Source of the DNA: Methanobrevibacter sp.
GTDB taxonomy: Archaea; Methanobacteriota; Methanobacteria; Methanobacteriales; Methanobacteriaceae
Direction of reading: 5' to 3'
Assembly (NCBI GenBank): GCA_017553445.1
Contig: JAFZMD010000091.1
Coordinates: 12,164-76,163 of the forward strand
Length of the DNA stretch: 64,000 nucleotides
The notes under the pieces are model-generated. The model was not told where the DNA came from, did no database searches, and saw only the letters and a program-made list of their open reading frames with translations. A program made the position numbers and the translations under genes. Numbering within the stretch: position 1 is the first letter of the stretch; each line of letters opens with the position of its first letter. This document shows positions 8,901 to 19,750 of this stretch, in pieces.

Positions 8901-10201
8901 TATTTTGCATTTTGCATTGTACCATCAAAGTAAGAAGCATAACCTTTCAAATCAAGCATTCCATGACCTGAGAAATTAAATACAATGGTTTTTTCCTCAC
9001 CAGTTTCTTTACATTTCAATGCTTCATCAATAGCTACACGAATTGCATGAGTAGTTTCTGGTGCAGGTACAATTCCTTCACAACGGGCAAAGGTAATTCC
9101 AGCATCAAATACATCTTTTTGATGAACTGCCCTAGGGGAGATGAAACCTTCTTTAGCTAAAAGTGAAACAATTGGTGACATTCCATGATATCTTAATCCA
9201 CCAGCATGAACAGAAGGTGCAACAAAATCATGCCCTAATGTAAACATTTTAAGCATAGGAGTAAATCCATTGATATCACCAAAGTCATAATCATAGCTTC
9301 CTTCAGTTAAAGTAGGACATGCACTAGGTTCAACAGCAATAAATTCAGTATCAGAATTGCCTTTAATTTTATCTTGTATGAATGGGAATAATGATCCAGC
9401 TAAATTACTGCCACCACCTGCACAGGCAATCATTACATCAGGTTCCTCTTCAGCCTTTTCTAGTTGAACTTTTAACTCCTGACCAATGATAGTCTGATGT
9501 AACATGACATGGTTTAAAACACTACCTAAAGAATATTTAACTTCATCATTGAGCAATGCTTCTTCCATAGCTTCAGAAATAGCTACTCCTAAAGAACCCG
9601 GATGGTCAGGATTTTCTTTTAAGATAGAACGGCCTATCTCTGTATTTTCACTTGGAGAAGCGAATACGTTACTGTCATAAATATTCATAATATTTTTTCT
9701 GTCAGGCTTTTGATTAAATGAAACTTTAACCATATAAACGGTACATTCAATATCAAGCATATTACATGCAAGAGATAAAGCAGTACCCCATTGGCCAGCA
9801 CCGGTTTCAGTAGTTAATCTTTCAACTCCTTCTTTTTTAGCAAAATATGCCTGAGGAATAGCTGAATTCAACTTATGTGATCCAGTTGGAGAAGTATCTT
9901 CTCTTTTATAATAAATTTTAGCAGGAGTATTTAAGAATTTTTCAAGTCTGGTAGCCCTAAATAAAGGAGAAGGTCTACCCATTTGCATATAAAGTTCACG
10001 TACTTCATCAGGGATAGTTATATATCTATCTGGAGCAAATTCTTGAGCTAAAGCTGATTTTGTAAAAGCTTTTTCTAAATCTGCAATCTGATTTTTTCCC
10101 TCACTGTTTTTTGGTTCTGGAAGTGGAGTTGGCAAATCCGCAAGAATATTATACCATTGCTTTGGCACTTCATCAGAATCTAAAGTAATTTTATAATTCA
10201 T
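8900..10201 (-). CDS. trpB: Tryptophan synthase beta chain, TrpB2 type (stand-alone)
   Basis: 433 aa. PLP lysine block [14 protein letters not shown] loop [10 protein letters not shown]. Long N-terminal extension typical of TrpB2. No trpA adjacent. Confidence 0.9.
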   Translation of the reverse strand: MNYKITLDSDEVPKQWYNILADLPTPLPEPKNSEGKNQIADLEKAFTKSALAQEFAPDRYITIPDEVRELYMQMGRPSPLFRATRLEKFLNTPAKIYYKREDTSPTGSHKLNSAIPQAYFAKKEGVERLTTETGAGQWGTALSLACNMLDIECTVYMVKVSFNQKPDRKNIMNIYDSNVFASPSENTEIGRSILKENPDHPGSLGVAISEAMEEALLNDEVKYSLGSVLNHVMLHQTIIGQELKVQLEKAEEEPDVMIACAGGGSNLAGSLFPFIQDKIKGNSDTEFIAVEPSACPTLTEGSYDYDFGDINGFTPMLKMFTLGHDFVAPSVHAGGLRYHGMSPIVSLLAKEGFISPRAVHQKDVFDAGITFARCEGIVPAPETTHAIRVAIDEALKCKETGEEKTIVFNFSGHGMLDLKGYASYFDGTMQNAK

Positions 10202-10271
10202 AATAATAATTATAACAATGTACTATTTAAAACTTTGTTGTACAAAAAAGTACAATTAATATATTAATAAA

Positions 10272-11330
10272 ATGAAATATAAAAAAAATTATATGAGAAT
10301 TTTAGCTATTGATGTAGGAACTGGAACACAGGACATGATGATATATGATGATGAAAAAGAGTTGGAAAACTCAATTAAACTGGTACTGCCTTCACCTCAC
10401 CTATATATCTCACAAAAAATTAGAGAAATAGAAAATGACCTCTACTTTGACGGTGAAATAATGGGTGGAGGAAAACTTAAAAAAACATTGCTGGAACACA
10501 TGGACAAAGGATATAAAGTAGTAATGGAAGAAATACCGGCAAAAACTATAAGAGATAAGATATCACAGGTGGAAGCAATCGGAATAGAGATTGCATCACC
10601 GAATGAAGATTACAAGGACTACACAAAAATAACATTAGGCGATATCAATATAACAAAACTGTCACAATTTCTGCTCGGATATGATCTGGAGTTCGATTTT
10701 GATGAAATAGCAATAGCGGTGCAAGATCATGGATACAATGAAAACATGGGAGACCGTGACTTCAGATTTGAAAAATTCAGGGAAAAATTATCAGAGCCTA
10801 TAATACCAGAAGAGTTTTCATTTAAAGGAAATACACCAGAATACTACACAAGAATGAAAGCAGTTGAAAGACAATTAGAAAAAGAAGGAATAGATTTAAA
10901 ACCATTAATGATGGACACTAAATTTGCATCAATAGTTGGAATGTGTCACGATGAGATTGCATCAAAATTAAACAGTTTTATTGCAATTGACATTGGAAAC
11001 GGCCATACCACAGCCGCATCAATAGAAGATGGAAAGATTCAAGGAATATTTGAACATCATACATCTTCACTAACACCAGAAAGCTTGGAAAATTATTTGA
11101 AACGATTGGCTGATGGAATAATAACAAATGAAGAGGTCTATAATGACCACGGCCATGGAGCTCATGTCATAAACCCGATATCAGAAATTGAAAAAGTAAT
11201 TGTTAGTGGACCTAAACGTGAATTAATTGAAAAAACAAATCTTGATTGGCATCATGCATGTCCCGGAGGGGACGTTATGATGACAGGAACGATAGGACTA
11301 ATAAAAACATTAGAGGCATATGATGTATAA
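10272..11330 (+). CDS. ASKHA-fold (actin/sugar-kinase-like) ATPase, DUF1786-like, function unknown
   Basis: Phosphate-1-like motif ILAIDVGTGTQD, phosphate-2-like motif IAIDIGNGHTTA and VIVSGP. The true start may be ATG 10293 (MRILAIDVG). Confidence 0.6.
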   Translation: MKYKKNYMRILAIDVGTGTQDMMIYDDEKELENSIKLVLPSPHLYISQKIREIENDLYFDGEIMGGGKLKKTLLEHMDKGYKVVMEEIPAKTIRDKISQVEAIGIEIASPNEDYKDYTKITLGDINITKLSQFLLGYDLEFDFDEIAIAVQDHGYNENMGDRDFRFEKFREKLSEPIIPEEFSFKGNTPEYYTRMKAVERQLEKEGIDLKPLMMDTKFASIVGMCHDEIASKLNSFIAIDIGNGHTTAASIEDGKIQGIFEHHTSSLTPESLENYLKRLADGIITNEEVYNDHGHGAHVINPISEIEKVIVSGPKRELIEKTNLDWHHACPGGDVMMTGTIGLIKTLEAYDV

Positions 11331-11982
11331 TATGGATTCGCACATCCACAGCGAATATTCCCCTGATTCAAAATCAAAACTTAAAGACATATTTAAAATA
11401 GCTAAAGACAAAAATATAGATATAATTGGAATAAGTGACCATAATACTGTTGAAGGTTCAAAAGAGGCTCAAAAACTAACTAAAAATGATGATTTATTAG
11501 TTATTCCATCAATTGAAATATCTGCATTAGAAGGCCATATTATAGGTTTCGGCTGTGAAGAAAATATAAAGCGTGACCTTCAAGCAGCAGAAACAATTGA
11601 TTTGATTCATGACCAGGGAGGTCTAGCAATAATTCCTCACCCCTACTGTTTTTACAGGCATGGTCTTTTATGTAAAGCAGATTATAAGGAATTAAAAATA
11701 GATGCCATTGAAACAAGAAATGCACGTTTTATAATTGGTTATTGCAACAATAAAGCAAAAAAATTATCTAAAAAAGAGAAATTGCCTGCACTTGGAGCAA
11801 GTGATGCGCACTACTATAAATTTGTAGGTGACTGTTATTCTAAAATAGATTGTGAAAAAGACATAGATAGTGTATTGAAATCAATAAAAAAAGCAAAAGT
11901 TGAAGCCCTTGGAAAAGGAACTTCAAATATAAGATTATCCAAATATTTATTTGATTTCAGGATATTAAAAAAATATGGATAA
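11320..11982 (+). CDS. PHP-domain metal-dependent phosphoesterase
   Basis: MDSHIHSEYSPDS, GISDHNTVEG, IPHP and SDAH histidine motifs of the PHP family. Overlaps the upstream gene by 11 nt. The start may be ATG 11332. Confidence 0.8.
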   Translation: MMYNMDSHIHSEYSPDSKSKLKDIFKIAKDKNIDIIGISDHNTVEGSKEAQKLTKNDDLLVIPSIEISALEGHIIGFGCEENIKRDLQAAETIDLIHDQGGLAIIPHPYCFYRHGLLCKADYKELKIDAIETRNARFIIGYCNNKAKKLSKKEKLPALGASDAHYYKFVGDCYSKIDCEKDIDSVLKSIKKAKVEALGKGTSNIRLSKYLFDFRILKKYG

Positions 11983-12249
11983 TTATTTTTCTAATTTAAT
12001 TTCTATAATTGAAACGTTGGTTTTTTCATTATTATAGTTTTCAACTTCCTCGGTTGAAATATGAATGTCTTTAACAACAGCATCTTGAACAAAACTGTTT
12101 CTAACGATTTCTGCTGTATCAACAGCACGACTAATAGCTTTGCCTCTAGCTCTTAAATTAACTGTATCATACTCATTAAATTGAGTTACAACTGCCAATA
12201 CATAGTTCATTACTGGTTTATTACCTATGAAAATTGTATTTTCTTCCAT
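11983..12249 (-). CDS. albA: Alba DNA/RNA-binding chromatin protein
   Basis: 88 aa. [19 protein letters not shown] ... [19 protein letters not shown] is a typical Alba signature. Confidence 0.9.
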   Translation of the reverse strand: MEENTIFIGNKPVMNYVLAVVTQFNEYDTVNLRARGKAISRAVDTAEIVRNSFVQDAVVKDIHISTEEVENYNNEKTNVSIIEIKLEK

Positions 12250-12290
12250 GTTATCACTCCTGATTTTTAATATTACTTATATTCAATTTC

Positions 12291-13829
12291 TTATTGAGAT
12301 CGTTTAATTAATAGAAGTTTATTAATAGAGTCTAAAACTGCTAAAACACTGGCCATTACAACATCCTCATTGATAGCCCTTCCAGTAGATTTATTGCCCT
12401 CATTATCTGATGAAATAACGAAAACATCTGCTAAAGCATCAGTCCCCCCAGTAATAGCTTCAAGATTATATTCTTCAAGTTCAATAGCCATTGTATCTTG
12501 AATTAAATGACGGATAGCATTTAAAGCAGCATCAACAGCTCCAACACCTGTGCTAGAAGTTTCCTTTTCAACGCCATCAATTTCTAATTTAACAGTGGCT
12601 GTAGGAGAAACAATGTCCCCACATAACAATCCCAATCCATTTAATTTAATTGGAGTTTCACGAGCTGAACCTAACTCAGTCAAAGCAATTGCTTTTAAAT
12701 CATCATCTGTTACACATTTACCTTTATCACCCAATGACTTAATTTGAGAAAAAACTTTTTCAAATTGTTCATCATTTAAATTAATATGAAAATCCTTTAA
12801 TTTTGATTTTAAAGCATTAGCTCCAGTATGTTTACCTAAAACAATTTTTCTAGTATGACCCACAAGTTCTGGAGAAATGGGTTCATAAGTAGATGAATTG
12901 TTTAAAATACCATGAACATGAATACCTGATTCGTGGGCAAATGCATTATCACCAACAATTGGTTTATTTACCGGCATTTTAACACCAGTTAATCTACCTA
13001 CGAAATCTGACAGACTATACAATTGAGAAGTATCGATATTAATATTTATTGAATAAGCAGCAGAAAGTGCGACGGCAAGTTCTTCAAGTGAACAGTTACC
13101 AGTCCTTTCACCCATACCATTGACAGTAACATGAGCCTGATTAGCTCCACATTCAATAGCTGTTAAAGTATTTGCTGTAGCTAAACCAAAATCATTATGA
13201 AAATGAACACTAAGAGGTGTTTTGAAGTTATTTTTCATATAAGTGATTAATTCTTTTGTCATGATTGGTGTGAGAATACCCACAGTATCCGGAAGATTAA
13301 TAAAATCAACACCGGAATCTATAACTGATTTATAGAATTCTAATAAAAATTCCTTTTCAGTTCTTGTAGCATCTTCAGCGGAAAATTCAACAGTCAACCC
13401 ATGATCTTTAGCATACAAAACAGCTTCTACTGCAGTTGATATTATAGTTTCTTTAGACATTTTTAATTTATAGTCTCTATGCAATGGAGAGGTTCCAATA
13501 AAAATATGTGCATAATCCAAATCGGCATCTAATACAGAATCAATATCTTTTTTAACACAACGTGCTAAACCTACAATAGTAGAATCCAAATCCAGTGATT
13601 TTATTTCTTTAGTAGCTTCAAGTTCACCTTTTGATGCAACAGGAAAACCGGCTTCAATTTTATCTACACCCAAATCACCAAGCTTTTGAGCAATCTGGAT
13701 TTTTTCATCTACTGTAAGCGCAACACCTGGCGTTTGTTCGCCATCTCTTAAAGTTGTATCAAAAAAATAAATCTTATCTGAAAGATTCATATAATCTCTT
13801 TTTAAGATTTCAATGTCTTGACTATACAT
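12291..13829 (-). CDS. leuA: 2-isopropylmalate synthase (LeuA/CimA family, LeuA-like)
   Basis: FDTTLRDGEQTPGV, EAGFPVAS, HFHNDFGLATANT, GERTGN, and a C-terminal LeuA-dimer regulatory domain. The start may be the internal MNLSDKIYFFDT. Confidence 0.85.
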   Translation of the reverse strand: MYSQDIEILKRDYMNLSDKIYFFDTTLRDGEQTPGVALTVDEKIQIAQKLGDLGVDKIEAGFPVASKGELEATKEIKSLDLDSTIVGLARCVKKDIDSVLDADLDYAHIFIGTSPLHRDYKLKMSKETIISTAVEAVLYAKDHGLTVEFSAEDATRTEKEFLLEFYKSVIDSGVDFINLPDTVGILTPIMTKELITYMKNNFKTPLSVHFHNDFGLATANTLTAIECGANQAHVTVNGMGERTGNCSLEELAVALSAAYSININIDTSQLYSLSDFVGRLTGVKMPVNKPIVGDNAFAHESGIHVHGILNNSSTYEPISPELVGHTRKIVLGKHTGANALKSKLKDFHINLNDEQFEKVFSQIKSLGDKGKCVTDDDLKAIALTELGSARETPIKLNGLGLLCGDIVSPTATVKLEIDGVEKETSSTGVGAVDAALNAIRHLIQDTMAIELEEYNLEAITGGTDALADVFVISSDNEGNKSTGRAINEDVVMASVLAVLDSINKLLLIKRSQ

Positions 13830-14008
13830 AATTTTAAAATCTCCATTAGGTATATTTAATAATTGTTTTTTATTTAATTAAATAGTTTATCGTGGAATGT
13901 ACAATTATTAACCTTAAACTATTAAAAAATGTATATATCGTAGAATCAGATAAATTAAGAAAACTGTAAAAAGATTAAAAAAAAGTATAATAAATACAAA
14001 AAATAAAA

Positions 14009-16111
14009 ATGAAAATAATGAATTTAAATATTAGAAATCAAAAAAATTTTTTGGCAGTGATTAGTGCAATTCTAACATCATTATATGTTGAAATTTATAT
14101 AATTGCTGTTCAAACAGAATTAACTTTTATAGATTTTTATAATTCATTTTCATTAAATAAGTTTATATTAATACTTATTTTATTATTTATAATCTTTAGA
14201 ATATTATATGACAAGAATTTAAGAAAAAAAGCCCTAGATTTTATTTATAAATACAGATATTGGCTATCCCTAGCAATAATTGTAATTTGTGTAGTATTTC
14301 AGATTCACGGTTCGTCAATTAATGAACTTAATCTTTTTAGCGTGAAACATGAACTAATATTTGGGATTTCAAGGAATGTAAGATCAGATGAATATATCGT
14401 GAACACTTTATTTGCATTTTCTCAATATCAAAACAATTTTACTTACTTTTCAGATATCATTAGGGCCGCACCAACAGACATGTTTATTATATACGGTCAA
14501 GCTGTTTGGGATATAGCTGTCATATTCAGACCATTCAATATTGGCTATCTGTTTTTAAATCCGGCTATGGGATTATCATTTTTCTGGGTAAGCAGATTTG
14601 TTGTCTTAACATTAATTTCATTTGAAATGGGAATGTTGATAACAAATAAAAATAAAATTTTATCATTGTCATATGCGATTTTAGTTATTTTATCACCATT
14701 GGTACAATGGTGGTTTGCAATTAACGGTTTAGTTGAACAGTTAATCTTTGGACAGTTAGGTGTTTTATTAATTAATTTCTATATGAATACGACAGACTAT
14801 AGAAAACGAATATTATCCGCTTTATTAATGATAATCTGTGCTGGCGGATTTGCAATTGTATTTTATCCATCCTGGCAAATTCCTTTTGCATACGTGTTCG
14901 CCTTGCTAGCTTTCTGGATATTTTTAAAAAATAGAAATAACTTTTCATATGATAAAAAAGATTTATTAATCATTATTATTTCATTTGCAATTTTCGGATT
15001 GATAATGTATCATATTCTAAATAATTCAATGGATACAATAAAAATAATCATGAATACAGCTTATCCAGGCGGTGAAAAATTTAACGGTGATGGTGACTGG
15101 AGTTTCTTATTCGATTATTTAGCATCAATATTTTTCCCACTGACAAATATGAATATTCCATTAAACACCGTTGAAAACTCTGTTTTCATCGATTTTTTCC
15201 CAATTCCTATCATAATATCATTTATAGTTCTTGCTGTTCAAAAAACTAAGGATAAATTATTAGCTGGTCTTCTGGCTTTATATTTAATATTCATAGTCTT
15301 TTACTTTATTCAATTGCCTGACCCAATAATATCAATAACCTTAAGGGATCATATGAAAACATCAAGACTTTTTAGTGTAGTTACATTTATTAGTCTATTG
15401 ATGTTGATTAGGGCATTGGCCAGCTTGAAAGAAATAAAATATAAAAAATTACTAGTTATTTTTTCAATAATATTATCAATGACTGCAGTTTACTTGTCTA
15501 CATTCTTTTATGATTTATACTATCAAGAATGGATGATGCTGGCTTTGGTTATTCTTTATGCGGTTACTTTCAGCATAATTTTTATGGCACATTCAAGAAA
15601 AGGAAAAACAATGTTTTTAATTTGTGTTATATTTATATCATTTACAGCAGGAGCCTTGGTTAATCCAGTAGATAATGGAACTGATGTTGTTTTTAAAAAT
15701 GATTTAATATATGAAGTGGAATCCATTGTACATCAAGACCCAAATGCAAAATGGCTAGTTCAAGACATGCCAATTAACTATTTAACTGTAGTTGGAGCAA
15801 AAACTGTTAATTCAGTTAATGTTTATCCGAATTTAGATGAATGGCATATTATAGACAATGGTGAAAATGAAGATGTTTATAACAGATATGCCCACATTAT
15901 GGTTAATTTCCAAAATGAGACAAACACTACATTCAATCTCACATCTCAAGATTCTTTTGTAGTTAATTTTAATGTCAATGACTTGGAAAAATTAAATATA
16001 AGTTATATTCTATCACCTAATGATTTAGAAAAATTATCAAATGAAAACGTTACATTCGAAAAAATATCTGAACCTAGCATTTATAAAATCTATCATTTAA
16101 AATATCAATAG
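14009..16111 (+). CDS. Large polytopic membrane protein with C-terminal extracytoplasmic domain (possible GT-C-like glycosyl/polymer transferase)
   Basis: 700 aa. Many hydrophobic segments over residues ~15-560, then a soluble N-glycosylation-sequon-rich tail. An early loop carries RNVRSDEY. The function is inferred only from topology. Confidence 0.5.
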   Translation: MKIMNLNIRNQKNFLAVISAILTSLYVEIYIIAVQTELTFIDFYNSFSLNKFILILILLFIIFRILYDKNLRKKALDFIYKYRYWLSLAIIVICVVFQIHGSSINELNLFSVKHELIFGISRNVRSDEYIVNTLFAFSQYQNNFTYFSDIIRAAPTDMFIIYGQAVWDIAVIFRPFNIGYLFLNPAMGLSFFWVSRFVVLTLISFEMGMLITNKNKILSLSYAILVILSPLVQWWFAINGLVEQLIFGQLGVLLINFYMNTTDYRKRILSALLMIICAGGFAIVFYPSWQIPFAYVFALLAFWIFLKNRNNFSYDKKDLLIIIISFAIFGLIMYHILNNSMDTIKIIMNTAYPGGEKFNGDGDWSFLFDYLASIFFPLTNMNIPLNTVENSVFIDFFPIPIIISFIVLAVQKTKDKLLAGLLALYLIFIVFYFIQLPDPIISITLRDHMKTSRLFSVVTFISLLMLIRALASLKEIKYKKLLVIFSIILSMTAVYLSTFFYDLYYQEWMMLALVILYAVTFSIIFMAHSRKGKTMFLICVIFISFTAGALVNPVDNGTDVVFKNDLIYEVESIVHQDPNAKWLVQDMPINYLTVVGAKTVNSVNVYPNLDEWHIIDNGENEDVYNRYAHIMVNFQNETNTTFNLTSQDSFVVNFNVNDLEKLNISYILSPNDLEKLSNENVTFEKISEPSIYKIYHLKYQ

Positions 16112-16499
16112 CATAACTTATTTTTTAACTTTTGAATTGAAAGAATACCATTTAAAGTGAATGTATAATATTGTTTGATGATTTTCATGAAAGTTAAGCA
16201 ATAATCCTCATTACATATATACAATATTTTATTAAAAAGAATTGGTTAGTGAATACTTTCATTATTTTAAATTAATGATTTAATTTTCACTATCATTTTC
16301 ACATCCATTGATTTTAATTAATCGTTGCTTAAAGTAAATTATATGCAATCATGGGTGCAGGAGATGAAAAAATTTGTAATCAAAATCTGAAAATTTTATA
16401 TTATTTACATGAATTTCATTTGTAAAAGAAAAAATTCATCTAACTTTTCACAATTCAATATCAAACATTTTATCATATAAGATAACCTAACATATAATC

Positions 16500-17222
16500 A
16501 TGAAAGTTGGCTTTACTACACTGGCTATGTTCATGGATGATAATCTGGAAATCATTAAAATAGCTAAAGAAAATAACTTTGAAATGATAGAAATACTTGG
16601 AGAAGCACCTTTCTTTAAAAAGGAAAATACAATGGCTTTCAAGGACTGTGGAATGGAAGTGTCAATTCACGGTCCGACAGTGGACATCAATATAGCTAGT
16701 TTGAATGATGGTATTAGGGCTGAAAGCGTTAAACAGATGAAAGAGTGTATCGATTATGCGGAAAGCATTAATGCTCATGCAATAACGGTTCATGCAGGAA
16801 AAATCGGCAGAAACGATCCGCCACTTAGAAAAGCCGCATTGGAAATTGCATGTGAAAGCATATCCGAGCTGGTTGATTATTCCGATAATGTGATAATTTC
16901 CGTTGAAAATATGCCAGTTCGACAGGCTTTTCTTGGAAATAAGATAGAAGAACTTGAAATGTTTCAAAGTGAATCCGGATGTAACCTGACAATAGACGTA
17001 GGTCACGGAAACACAACAGGAAACAATGAAGAATTATTAGAATTGAAAGACATAACATACTGTCATTTAAATGATAATGATGGGGTCAAAGACCAGCATA
17101 TACCTCTGGGTGATGGAACACTGGATTTAGAGCTATTGAAAAAAGTTAAAAAGGGAATAATAGAACTGAATAACTTTGACAATATTTTAAAAAGCAAAAA
17201 AGTAATTGAAAATATTATCTAA
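16500..17222 (+). CDS. Sugar phosphate isomerase/epimerase (xylose isomerase-like TIM barrel)
   Basis: 240 aa. ITVHAGK, SVENM, TIDVGHGN and HLNDNDG metal-ligand pattern of the AP endonuclease 2 / xylose isomerase-like fold. Confidence 0.7.
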   Translation: MKVGFTTLAMFMDDNLEIIKIAKENNFEMIEILGEAPFFKKENTMAFKDCGMEVSIHGPTVDINIASLNDGIRAESVKQMKECIDYAESINAHAITVHAGKIGRNDPPLRKAALEIACESISELVDYSDNVIISVENMPVRQAFLGNKIEELEMFQSESGCNLTIDVGHGNTTGNNEELLELKDITYCHLNDNDGVKDQHIPLGDGTLDLELLKKVKKGIIELNNFDNILKSKKVIENII

Positions 17223-18013
17223 AAGTCAATCTGTGAAACTTCACGGATATTATCAATAATATAGTCAGTCTTATCCATTAATTTAGGAGATACCTCTTCC
17301 TGCTGTTCAATAGTTAATACGCTGACATCAGCTCGCTTAAATGCTAAAACATCATTTAAGCCGTCTCCAACCATCATTACTTTGTATCCGTCATCCTGAA
17401 GGGATTTTACAACTTCACATTTACCACGGGTAGAAACACTGCCATGAGCATTATCTTTGTTAACACCCAACATGTCAGCCAGTCTATTAATAGCACCTTT
17501 TCTATCACCAGATGCCAATACAATTTCATAGCCTTGAGATTTTAAATCGTTGATAGTATCGACGACACCGTCAAACAATCTTCCAGAAGAAGTTATCGTA
17601 TAAGCAATAATGCCTATATGCATATCCAGTATAACAGCAGATCCGTTGCACAATTCCATGTTTGGAACTAATTTCTTTAAAATAGGAAAGCCATCGGTAA
17701 TATCGCTGACAACAGCAGACTTTTCATTCAGCAATATTTCCTTAACCTCATCTTTTGAAGTTTCAATATTAGTAAAGCTTACATCAAAGTCTATATCATA
17801 TTCCTTTATTACATCTGAAAGCAGTGTATTGGGATCCAGTTCCAATAACTTGTTTGTATTGTATTGAAGCACTACTAAAGCAAGAGATTCAGTTTGGTCA
17901 ATTAAATCAAGCGAATTAATATCTGTAAATATATTGCCTGACATTACATCTTTAATAACTCTATAACGCTCAATTAATGTTCCGGAATTATCAAATACAA
18001 CAGCCTTTTTCAT
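17219..18013 (-). CDS. HAD-superfamily phosphatase, soluble P-type-ATPase-like
   Basis: Nucleophile motif VFDNSGTL (DxxGT as in P-type ATPases), ASGDRK, MVGDGLNDVLAFKRAD. Confidence 0.75.
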   Translation of the reverse strand: MKKAVVFDNSGTLIERYRVIKDVMSGNIFTDINSLDLIDQTESLALVVLQYNTNKLLELDPNTLLSDVIKEYDIDFDVSFTNIETSKDEVKEILLNEKSAVVSDITDGFPILKKLVPNMELCNGSAVILDMHIGIIAYTITSSGRLFDGVVDTINDLKSQGYEIVLASGDRKGAINRLADMLGVNKDNAHGSVSTRGKCEVVKSLQDDGYKVMMVGDGLNDVLAFKRADVSVLTIEQQEEVSPKLMDKTDYIIDNIREVSQIDF

Positions 18014-18177
18014 ATTTAATAATTGGAAAAGAAAATATTTAAAATTTTTGAGGCATTAATTTAATTATAACTTATAAGTTATAAGTAAAAAAAGTCAAAA
18101 TAAACTCTTAAAAAAAACCAAGTTATATAAATATAAAAAAATAAAGTTATATTATTATATTTATCTAAGGTGTTTTA

Positions 18178-19548
18178 ATGAATGTTATTGAAAAATTAAA
18201 TTCCATCAAAAATGGAGAATTGACCGCTAAGGAAAATGTTGAACACTTCCTTAATGTTATAAAAGAAAAAAATGACTCCATTAATGCTTTTTTAGAATTA
18301 AACGAAGAAAATGCATTAAAACAAGCTGAAGCAATTGATGCAAAAATAGCTAATGGAGAAGAAGTTGGAAGCTTGGCAGGTTTAGTATTTGGTATAAAAG
18401 CAAATATTAATGTAGAAGATTTAATTATTTCTGCAGCTTCAAAAACATTGGAAAATTACTTGGGAAGTTACAATGCAACTGTAGTCGATTATATATTAGC
18501 AGAAGATGGAATAATTATTGGTATTACAAATATGGATGAATTTGCAGCTGGTAGTTCAACTGAAACTTCTTATTATGGACCAACTCAAAACCCTAATGCC
18601 TTAGGCAGAATCCCTGGTGGTTCATCAGGAGGTAGTGCCGCAGCTGTTGCAGCTCAAATGTGTGACATTGCATTAGGTTCAGATACAGGCGGGTCCATTA
18701 GAAACCCTGCATCCCACTGTGGCGTCATTGGATTTAAACCGACATATGGTGCCGTTTCAAGACAAGGATTACTTGATTTATCAATGAGTTTAGACCAAAT
18801 AGGTCCATTTGCTGAAGATGTTAGTGGAATTGCACTTGCATTAAATACTATTGTCGATTATGATGAAACTGAATGTACCACAATAAATTGGGACAAACCG
18901 GACTTCACAGAATGCCTTGAAGACAAATCCCTTGAAGGCATGAAAATAGCTATCTGTAATGATTTCATTGAAGTAACAGATGATGAAATCAATAAAATTG
19001 TCAATAAAGCCATTAACAAACTAGTTGATGCCGGTGCTGAGCTTGTAGAAGTTTCATTCAATCATCTTGACTTATGTTTACCAACATATTACTTAATTAA
19101 CTATGTTGAATTCTTCTCAGCTACAAGAAAATATGACGGAAGAGATTACGGATACAGAATAGAAGAAGTTTGTGGAGATGAAGTTTTAAGAAGAATTAAA
19201 ATCGGTTCTCACATTGCACAAGCTGAATTCAGTGGAAAATACTACAAAAAAGCGCTTAAAGCAAGATCACTTATTCGTAACGAAATAAACCTAATGCTTG
19301 AAAACGTTGACTTGATTGTAGGTCCTACCGTTCCTAAACTTCCACACGAAATTGGTGAAGAATTGGATCCTATGGAAATGTATGCTTACGATGTATTGAC
19401 CGTTATTGCAAACCTTGCAGGCATTCCGGCAGGAAGCATTCCAGCAGGTACAGTCAACGACATTCCAGTAGGTCTTCAAATACAAGCCAAACCATTGGAT
19501 GATGAAAAAATCATCAAAGCCATGAGCGTATTTGAAAATATTAAATAA
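18178..19548 (+). CDS. gatA: Glutamyl/aspartyl-tRNA amidotransferase subunit A
   Basis: 456 aa. Amidase signature GGSSGGSAAAVAA ... GSDTGGSIRNPASHCG. Confidence 0.9.
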   Translation: MNVIEKLNSIKNGELTAKENVEHFLNVIKEKNDSINAFLELNEENALKQAEAIDAKIANGEEVGSLAGLVFGIKANINVEDLIISAASKTLENYLGSYNATVVDYILAEDGIIIGITNMDEFAAGSSTETSYYGPTQNPNALGRIPGGSSGGSAAAVAAQMCDIALGSDTGGSIRNPASHCGVIGFKPTYGAVSRQGLLDLSMSLDQIGPFAEDVSGIALALNTIVDYDETECTTINWDKPDFTECLEDKSLEGMKIAICNDFIEVTDDEINKIVNKAINKLVDAGAELVEVSFNHLDLCLPTYYLINYVEFFSATRKYDGRDYGYRIEEVCGDEVLRRIKIGSHIAQAEFSGKYYKKALKARSLIRNEINLMLENVDLIVGPTVPKLPHEIGEELDPMEMYAYDVLTVIANLAGIPAGSIPAGTVNDIPVGLQIQAKPLDDEKIIKAMSVFENIK

Positions 19549-19750
19549 ATGGGGTTTTTAACCCTAATCACTTATTTTATTGAATCAAACTTTTATAAAA
19601 TACCTTATTCAATTTTTTTGAATTTTCCTTTTTTTCTACTCAGATAATTCTATTACCAACAAAAAAAACTTCTAAAGCAACTATTTTTGAATCTATATCT
19701 ATATAAATATATAAATAATAAATTAAAAAAAATAATATTATTAAAAGAGG

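Noticed and set aside
16170-16260. Possible C/D-box sRNA (TGATGA at about 16175) in the 390-bp gap before 16500
   Set aside because: No matching D box (CTGA) or terminal stem lies at the right distance, so the single-box match is probably chance in AT-rich DNA.
16662-17058. Minus-strand ORFs inside the TIM-barrel gene
   Set aside because: They are antisense to a gene with clear family motifs and have no features of their own.
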